Below, in pieces: positions 15,559 through 21,241 of a DNA stretch of 21,435 bases. Within the stretch, counting starts at the first letter, position 1, and every line of letters starts with the position of its first letter. The DNA lies in the IMG/VR virus record IMGVR_UViG_3300042880_000509; one strand, given 5' to 3'. The stretch is from a virus. Its lineage: Duplodnaviria > Heunggongvirae > Uroviricota > Caudoviricetes. The position numbers and the translations under genes are program-made. A model generated the notes under the pieces. The model worked only from the letters and a program-made list of their open reading frames with translations, was not told the DNA's origin and did not search any database.

Positions 15559-16062
15559 TTATATCTTTAATAACTCTTTAACTTCCGGATGGGATAAGAA
15601 TCTATCCACATCTCTTTTAACTGAACCTACATTACAAAATTGATTATTAAAGAACATTCTTGGTATTCTTTTATACTCATCGTGCCAGATGTCTAATCTA
15701 TAATCTTCTGGTAAATCATTTAATTGTCTTTCATACCACTCGTTTGCTCGTTGGTCAACCTCATCTTCTGTTGTGAAACCATTTGAGTCTAAATATAAAT
15801 TATCAATCTTAATGTATACGTGTACCAAATATGATTGTTCCACTTCTCCCTCGTCATAGTCATAAATCTCATCGGCCAGTATTAGATAATATCTTATGTT
15901 TTTATTTGGATATAGTTTTTTTAATCTACCAATGATATTATAGGCAAAGTAATGACAGTAACCGTGTTGATAATCATACTTATTCCCGTGTTCATTTCCG
16001 GTGTTCCAGTTATCTTCCAGGGTTTCCCTTAATACCTTTCTTATTTGTTCTTGTAGGTTCAT
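15559..16062 (-). CDS. Leader plus putative papain/transglutaminase-like Cys-His-Asp domain
   Basis: MNLQEQIRKVLRE leader; GYC36HYFA...VH81VYIKIDNLYLD92SNG. Confidence 0.7.
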   Translation of the reverse strand: MNLQEQIRKVLRETLEDNWNTGNEHGNKYDYQHGYCHYFAYNIIGRLKKLYPNKNIRYYLILADEIYDYDEGEVEQSYLVHVYIKIDNLYLDSNGFTTEDEVDQRANEWYERQLNDLPEDYRLDIWHDEYKRIPRMFFNNQFCNVGSVKRDVDRFLSHPEVKELLKI

Positions 16063-16583
16063 TATGCTCCGTAATTAAAATCAATATTTTTTATTAACTC
16101 TGAAGAAATGATGCCATTGTATGTTATTGACCTCCATAAATCTAAACTCTCTATAATTTTATCTTCATCATTTTCTGACTTATTCCATCCGTATAAATTC
16201 ATTTTATAATCATCGTCCACATCAAATAAATCATTATCTAATTTTGTTATATCCACGGTTAGTCTAACAATTGGTTTTTTATCATATGATTCTTCATCTT
16301 CATAATATTCATCCATGACATCCATTAAACTTTGTGGTAGATTGGCGTTATATAAACTTGGGGATGTTGTTAAAAAAATACCTTCCGTTCCTTCTTCATA
16401 AAAAGAATTGGGGTATCTTTTAGGGATTAATCCTTCATCAATTATACTTTCTAAATTATCAGTTAAGGTATAATGATATAGGTACTTACCACCAATTAAA
16501 TAATTGGATATCCTATTAGATAGATTTTCATTAATAACCCCCATCATTGATTTCATTCTTGATATTTGTTCTTGTAGGTTCAT
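16062..16583 (-). CDS. Leader plus putative ADP-ribosyltransferase-fold domain (Tpt1/KptA- or DarT-like pattern)
   Basis: MNLQEQISRMKSMM..INE leader; YLYH37YT...NLESII..GL.P...GIFLT...VRLTVD. Confidence 0.7.
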   Translation of the reverse strand: MNLQEQISRMKSMMGVINENLSNRISNYLIGGKYLYHYTLTDNLESIIDEGLIPKRYPNSFYEEGTEGIFLTTSPSLYNANLPQSLMDVMDEYYEDEESYDKKPIVRLTVDITKLDNDLFDVDDDYKMNLYGWNKSENDEDKIIESLDLWRSITYNGIISSELIKNIDFNYGA

Positions 16584-16584
16584 A

Positions 16585-16944
16585 TTAACAATTCTTTAAA
16601 GCTTCTTTGAAGTAATCTCTTATGTATTTTTCATAACCACCTTCATTTATTAATTCTTCAACTGTTTTTTGAAGTCTTAAAAGTTGCACAAAGGAAGGTT
16701 CCTCATTATCAAGTTGAGCTATCCTAAATGAAATATCATAAATTATTGATTGTTTAAGTTGACTCACAAAATGATCTTCCGCATCACCAAAAGTTGCTTT
16801 GTCCCATTCTTCATCCGAGTATGATGAATCACAAATATCTTGTTGTGAAAAATTTTCATCAAGATGTTCCATCATAAAACCATAAATTCTTCTTAAATAA
16901 GAATTTAATTTATTGTGTTGTTCTTCTGTGATTATAATCTTCAT
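16585..16944 (-). CDS. Leader plus RR domain
   Basis: Start moved to ATG 16944 (MKIIITEEQH); SYLRRI...GYEKYIRDYF; box at 16949-16955. Confidence 0.88.
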   Translation of the reverse strand: MKIIITEEQHNKLNSYLRRIYGFMMEHLDENFSQQDICDSSYSDEEWDKATFGDAEDHFVSQLKQSIIYDISFRIAQLDNEEPSFVQLLRLQKTVEELINEGGYEKYIRDYFKEALKNC

Positions 16945-16963
16945 ATTAATAAATATTATTGTA

Positions 16964-17278
16964 TTACCTAGACTGCCACTTATTATAGATGTTGCGTATT
17001 TTATCATCATACATTTCAGCAACTTGATTTACATAATCAATTTCTTCTTGTTCTGGTAACTCTTCCCACCCCATATTATATTCTTGCCACATAATATCTT
17101 CTAATGATTTTAGAACTAATTCATATCTAAATTGTTCGTAAGTCTCTGTCTCAAAAAATACTTGGCCGTCATATGAAGAAAAATTTTTTGCAACTTCTTC
17201 CGGTGTTACTCTTCTAAGAAAGAATTTTGTTTTGAGTTCTTCCCTTAATACCTTTCTTATTTGTTCTTGTAGGTTCAT
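16964..17278 (-). CDS. Leader plus RR domain
   Basis: MNLQEQIRKVLREE, KFFLRRV...MYDDKIRNIY; box at 17283-17290. Confidence 0.9.
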   Translation of the reverse strand: MNLQEQIRKVLREELKTKFFLRRVTPEEVAKNFSSYDGQVFFETETYEQFRYELVLKSLEDIMWQEYNMGWEELPEQEEIDYVNQVAEMYDDKIRNIYNKWQSR

Positions 17279-17300
17279 ATGTTATAAATATATGGAAAAC

Positions 17301-17332
17301 AAAAAGGGAAACCAGTTTTGATCTCCCCCTTT
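17301..17332 (-). terminator. Intrinsic terminator
   Basis: Minus strand GGGAGATC-AAAACT-GGTTTCCC followed by TTTTT. Confidence 0.8.
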
Positions 17333-17358
17333 GTATTAACTTTACCTATATCCATACG

Positions 17359-17631
17359 TTAATTTTTAACACTGTGAAAATACTCCCTTATTTCTTTTTC
17401 ATATCTTTCAGTTACAAATTTTCTGACAGATTTGTGATATTCCGGCTCCATATCATTTTGAGTTATAAAACCAATATTACGAATCCTAAATAAAATTATA
17501 TTAATTGCGGTTGTAACATAATATTCTTCCCCCATATAACCAAACCTGTCAAATTGTTGGGGAATAGCAAATTTGGCCTGTTCATCAATAAATTCTAATC
17601 TTCTAATTAAGGTTCTTTCGTATTTGTTCAC
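17359..17631 (-). CDS. RR-domain protein, probable GTG start, in frame with an upstream leader stub
   Basis: RTLIRRLEFIDE...RYEKEIREYF; TATCTTTG at 17642-17635 ends 3 nt before GTG 17631. Confidence 0.75.
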   Translation of the reverse strand: MNKYERTLIRRLEFIDEQAKFAIPQQFDRFGYMGEEYYVTTAINIILFRIRNIGFITQNDMEPEYHKSVRKFVTERYEKEIREYFHSVKN

Positions 17632-17646
17632 ACACAAAGATATGAA

Positions 17647-17712
17647 TTATTTTCTAATAAAAAAATTACTATCCTCCCTTAATATTCTTGATATGGATTC
17701 TTGTAGGTTCAT
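17647..17712 (-). pseudogene. Leader-only stub MNLQESISRILREDSNFFIRK
   Basis: ATG 17712 overlaps the upstream stop (ATGA); TAA at 17649-17647; same frame as 17359..17631. Confidence 0.7.
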
Positions 17713-18278
17713 TCTTCTTTCATTAAATAATCATCCATTATCTCAATGACTTTAGGTTTTACATTCGGGATGTCATTTATCTCTATATTAAAATTCCATA
17801 AGAAATTATCTTCTTGGTCGTAGATACCTGTTTCAGGTGAATAATAGACTATGTTGGTGGCAAAGTTATTCATATCGTTTGAAATAGTTACATAATAATC
17901 AGACATTGTTCTATCATTCCTAAATTCATAATCTAACATCTGACATACATCTTCAAAACTTGATTGATTGTTATCCCATTTGGCTAATAAAAATATTTCC
18001 GATGCCGTTGGTTGTCCTGTTATACCTACCTTTGGTTTCTTAGGATTTCTTTGAATAATAACCGCATGTAATCCTTTATGGTAATCTTCCCACTCATCCT
18101 TATCATCATTAATACACCACTGGCATTGGTGAGCATATTTTTGTAATGCTCTATGAGTTAATGGAACGACAACAATTATATTATCATCTTTATATAGTTC
18201 CACTCTTTCACTTCTTGGAACTCTAACTTCATTAAGTTCTTCCTTTAATACCTTTCTTATTTGTTCTTGTAGGTTCAT
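17709..18278 (-). CDS. Leader plus YxDD..VVVPLT..A..KY....WC domain
   Basis: MNLQEQIRKVLKEELNE leader; pattern loosely reminiscent of PcfJ-like phage domains (not verified). Confidence 0.85.
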   Translation of the reverse strand: MNLQEQIRKVLKEELNEVRVPRSERVELYKDDNIIVVVPLTHRALQKYAHQCQWCINDDKDEWEDYHKGLHAVIIQRNPKKPKVGITGQPTASEIFLLAKWDNNQSSFEDVCQMLDYEFRNDRTMSDYYVTISNDMNNFATNIVYYSPETGIYDQEDNFLWNFNIEINDIPNVKPKVIEIMDDYLMKEE

Positions 18279-18979
18279 AATGATTTGTTTTGGGTAACAT
18301 CATATCCTAAATTAGATAGTATTATGTAAATTTTATCTTTTTCTTCTTTGGTTGTACTGGTTAACGTAAGTTTTATTAATCCATTCTCGTCTACCATAGA
18401 ATAGTTACGTATATTATTTCGTTCCAAAATTTTTACAATTCTGTCAATTTCTTGATTGGGGGTTAATTTATGTCCGTGATTTGGTGATACCAATACGTCA
18501 TAGTTTTGGGTATATTTTTGGACTTTATTAAGAACGTCTTGTGGTGTTTTTGTATTATTACTTATCGGACCTTCTTCTATTATCTTAAAACCATTTTTTG
18601 TTAAAAAATCACGTATCTCATCTTCATATAAGAAATAGTTATTTAACCTAATCTCATAACTAAATCCCATCCCCAAGCCCATAAAAATATGATTAACTTC
18701 GGATTCAATTCCGTTATTTTTAAAAAGACGTATGATAAATTTTTTTATCATTTCAAAATTATAATTTTTATTAGATATTACAACAATTTTGTAATCATAC
18801 GTTTTAGTTTCTTTAGGTATATCTGTTCTGTTTAAACTATATAAGAATGTCTTCTCTCTATTATTTAATGAGTTCATTCCTTTGGTACTAATCTTATCTA
18901 AGATTTGATTTAATCTATCCTCATCTTCATTCAGATTCATTACCTTTATTATCCTTAATATTTGTTCTTGTAGGTTCAT
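18275..18979 (-). CDS. Leader plus ILDKIS..G..SL..REK.FL helix pair plus two ferredoxin-like repeats
   Basis: RLNQILDKISTKGMNSLNNREKTFL resembles the C-terminal tail of Bacteroidota rhomboids (DUF6576 as I recall it); two beta-alpha-beta...alpha-beta units follow. Confidence 0.8.
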   Translation of the reverse strand: MNLQEQILRIIKVMNLNEDEDRLNQILDKISTKGMNSLNNREKTFLYSLNRTDIPKETKTYDYKIVVISNKNYNFEMIKKFIIRLFKNNGIESEVNHIFMGLGMGFSYEIRLNNYFLYEDEIRDFLTKNGFKIIEEGPISNNTKTPQDVLNKVQKYTQNYDVLVSPNHGHKLTPNQEIDRIVKILERNNIRNYSMVDENGLIKLTLTSTTKEEKDKIYIILSNLGYDVTQNKSL

Positions 18980-19542
18980 TACTTTTTCTTTTTTACACAG
19001 TTAGGATATCGTTTACCAAACATTGTTTTCATTCCTTTCTGGGTATATCCTTTCCAACACTTTTCAGTTAGTTCTGTTTCCTGTAAATCCATTTCATCCT
19101 CATTTGTAATTTGTTCGGAATCTAATACTACCGTTACACCTCTACCAGCAAATGCTGGTTCCCAATATGGTGCTGCTTTGAATGGAAAAAACCTATTCAT
19201 TTCATCACATAAAGTCCTTACAAGCCAAGATTCCATATTACTGGCTGGATTATTTGTGTTAAAATGTATTTTAATTCTTACTTTATCTGGTCTATCTCTA
19301 TTAATTTCTAAATGTAATATATCAACATCTTCTATATCCGCATGATAAATAAAACTTTTAACCAACATCTCCTGGGTTTTTAAATCATCTAAATCAAGAT
19401 TTAATATCTTACTAAAATTATTAAATCCACCAACAGCCGCAGTTGCAACTTTAATCCCCCTATCTTTAAACAACCCCATTAAATTCTTTTGGAGTGATGT
19501 TTCTTCCTTTAATACTTTTTTTATGTGTTCCTGTGGGTTCAT
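18979..19542 (-). CDS. Leader-bearing protein with a C-terminal CWKGY...PNCV micro-domain
   Basis: MNPQEHIKKVLKEE leader; ...DLQETELTEKCWKGYTQKGMKTMFGKRYPNCVKKKK; box at 19547-19553. Confidence 0.9.
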   Translation of the reverse strand: MNPQEHIKKVLKEETSLQKNLMGLFKDRGIKVATAAVGGFNNFSKILNLDLDDLKTQEMLVKSFIYHADIEDVDILHLEINRDRPDKVRIKIHFNTNNPASNMESWLVRTLCDEMNRFFPFKAAPYWEPAFAGRGVTVVLDSEQITNEDEMDLQETELTEKCWKGYTQKGMKTMFGKRYPNCVKKKK

Positions 19543-19554
19543 ATTAATAAATAC

Positions 19555-19869
19555 TTACTCCACATAATATTTTTTATATTGATTGTAGTGGTCAGCTATT
19601 CTATCTTTATAAAGTTCTAATAACCCATTAAAGAAAATTTCATAGAATCTTGCGTTCATACCATAACCACTATGTGAGAAATTAACATTTAAATATGAAC
19701 TAGATAATAAACCATTAATTACACTATTAGTAAATATTTCTAATCTATCCCTCTTATTATAATAATGATGATTTGTGATTCTAACCTTACTTATATAATC
19801 TATAAAAGAATTATCTAATTCTTCCTGGGTATATCTTCTTTTTATTTCTATTGGTAATGTGTTATACAT
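19555..19869 (-). CDS. RR-domain protein without leader
   Basis: LPIEIKRRYTQEEL...LYKDRIADHY. Confidence 0.85.
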   Translation of the reverse strand: MYNTLPIEIKRRYTQEELDNSFIDYISKVRITNHHYYNKRDRLEIFTNSVINGLLSSSYLNVNFSHSGYGMNARFYEIFFNGLLELYKDRIADHYNQYKKYYVE

Positions 19870-19910
19870 AGTTTTTTTTCTTCTACCTTAATAATCTATA
19901 TGGATAAAAA

Positions 19911-19944
19911 TAAAAAAAATCCCCTAGTTTTACAAGTGGGGGAT
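19911..19944 (-). terminator. Intrinsic terminator
   Basis: ATCCCC...GGGGAT stem with an 8-nt A-run on the plus strand. Confidence 0.75.
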
Positions 19945-19948
19945 CAAA

Positions 19949-20626
19949 CTATTTGTTCATTGATTTATATTCTTTTGTTATTTCATCTCTGTAATAATCT
20001 TTTAATGCGTTCTCAATCGTTTCATACCACTGAACATCTTGTGGTAATCTATCTGTTAACATAGCATGAAGATTGTCCATTAATACCGATATTGTTAAAC
20101 TAATATAATTTTCTAAAGTTCTTTCAGTCCGACTATATATAGATGTATTATTTAGTAAACCTTTTGCATAATCTAAAGCATCGTAAAACTCAAAATAAAG
20201 TTCATCTTCTGTAAATCTTCTTTTAATAAAATTTGGTAATTCTTTTTTTTTATGATCATCGTCATTTTCATTAAGATTTGATTTCTTTTTACTGGTTTTT
20301 TTTGAATGCCTGTTATAGTAGTCTTCTATCTTATCTTTTAAATTATCATCAATATATGAATGCACATCATTTTCAATTTTTTGAGTTAAACTATTAAGTT
20401 TGTTATTAACATAATCTGTCGTATCCAACATATCTTTCATTAACATATCGTGTTTTATTCTAAACATCACATGTTTTTTAACTTTTGAATAAAAGTTATC
20501 AAATGTTTCAGATTTTTTTACACCTAAAAAATTAAGGAATGTATCAACCAGTTCTTCTAGTGGTATTGAGGAAGCATACCTTCTTGTAAGTGCACTATAT
20601 TGTGATTCTGTTATTATTATTTTCAT
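19949..20626 (-). CDS. Leader plus two tandem RR domains
   Basis: MKIIITESQY, ALTRRY...NLKDKIEDYY, SNLNEN linker, LPNFIKRRF...YYRDEITKEY; box at 20631-20638. Confidence 0.9.
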   Translation of the reverse strand: MKIIITESQYSALTRRYASSIPLEELVDTFLNFLGVKKSETFDNFYSKVKKHVMFRIKHDMLMKDMLDTTDYVNNKLNSLTQKIENDVHSYIDDNLKDKIEDYYNRHSKKTSKKKSNLNENDDDHKKKELPNFIKRRFTEDELYFEFYDALDYAKGLLNNTSIYSRTERTLENYISLTISVLMDNLHAMLTDRLPQDVQWYETIENALKDYYRDEITKEYKSMNK

Positions 20627-20925
20627 CTATTATAAATAGATGCTCTAAGAAAATAGTATTCCATAATTCTTGGGTGATAAATACTTTTTATTTGTTCGCC
20701 AACTGAATTATATAAAATTACATTTGAAAATGGGCAATTGTCACCTAATGGTATGTCTTTTGATACTTCTGTTTGAAGTAGTAAAACAATTAAATTAACA
20801 AAACTTTCATCACAATAACTTAAATAGGTATCCATATAATAATTAAGTTCTGGTGAAAACAATTCATTTAATTTATCTTCTATCATACCAGTTCTTCTAC
20901 GTATGTATTTGTCTGTTGCAGTCAT
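20623..20925 (-). CDS. RR-domain protein without leader
   Basis: TDKYIRRRTG...IYHPRIMEYY; ATGA overlap with the next gene. Confidence 0.82.
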   Translation of the reverse strand: MTATDKYIRRRTGMIEDKLNELFSPELNYYMDTYLSYCDESFVNLIVLLLQTEVSKDIPLGDNCPFSNVILYNSVGEQIKSIYHPRIMEYYFLRASIYNR

Positions 20926-20926
20926 A

Positions 20927-21205
20927 TTAATAAATTATGGTTGGGATCTTGTTATAATTTTTTATAATGACAAGAAATATACCTTCTTTAATTCCAAATA
21001 CGGATCTAATTTTTTGTTTTACCTTTGATGTATCTGGGGTTTTTATTATTCTATTGATAATCCCATCACATGGACTATAATTAACCGTAATTTCTATGTT
21101 ATATGTGTTTAATCTAAGACAAACATCCACATCAAGATCATCCCTTCCTTTGAAGATATGTTTTTTAAGTAATTTAATGATTTGTTTGGACCGATCCGGT
21201 TTCAT
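20927..21205 (-). CDS. Basic hypothetical protein, probably on a leaderless mRNA
   Basis: 92 aa ORF; promoter -7 element ends 4 nt before the ATG. Confidence 0.8.
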   Translation of the reverse strand: MKPDRSKQIIKLLKKHIFKGRDDLDVDVCLRLNTYNIEITVNYSPCDGIINRIIKTPDTSKVKQKIRSVFGIKEGIFLVIIKNYNKIPTIIY

Positions 21206-21209
21206 AAAT

Positions 21210-21241
21210 CAAAGATATGAAATAAAATTTGAAACTACAAA
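21210..21241 (-). promoter_or_regulatory. Bacteroidota-type promoter
   Basis: Minus strand TTTG (21241-21238), N20, TATCTTTG (21217-21210). Confidence 0.75.

Larger units (their letters stand above)
762..20638 (-). promoter_or_regulatory. Dispersed TATTTAT(A) box 5' of 19 minus-strand genes (candidate phage late promoter)
   Basis: Plus-strand (T)ATAAATA starts at 762, 3246, 4711, 5361, 6329, 7007, 7325, 8181, 8787, 9035, 10382, 11488, 11822, 13681, 14572, 16949, 17283, 19547 and 20631, each 4-35 nt upstream of an ATG. Confidence 0.75.

Noticed and set aside
17317-17328. 12-nt complementarity (GGGAGATCAAAA) between the ncRNA candidate at 13858-13869 and this terminator
   Set aside because: Matches of this length are expected by chance in an all-against-all comparison of the window
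16024-19542. Leader repeats as a CRISPR array or integron attC sites
   Set aside because: Repeats are protein-coding, separated by whole genes of irregular length and not palindromic; no cas or integrase gene in the window
4721-20925. RR motifs as twin-arginine (Tat) export signals
   Set aside because: No hydrophobic h-region follows, and RR also occurs at internal domain starts
21202-21237. Possible TAG recoding (readthrough would end at a TGA overlapping the next ATG)
   Set aside because: TAG ends 11923..12339 cleanly before non-coding DNA, genes here are not fragmented by TAG, and the two stubs end in TAA; the standard code fits
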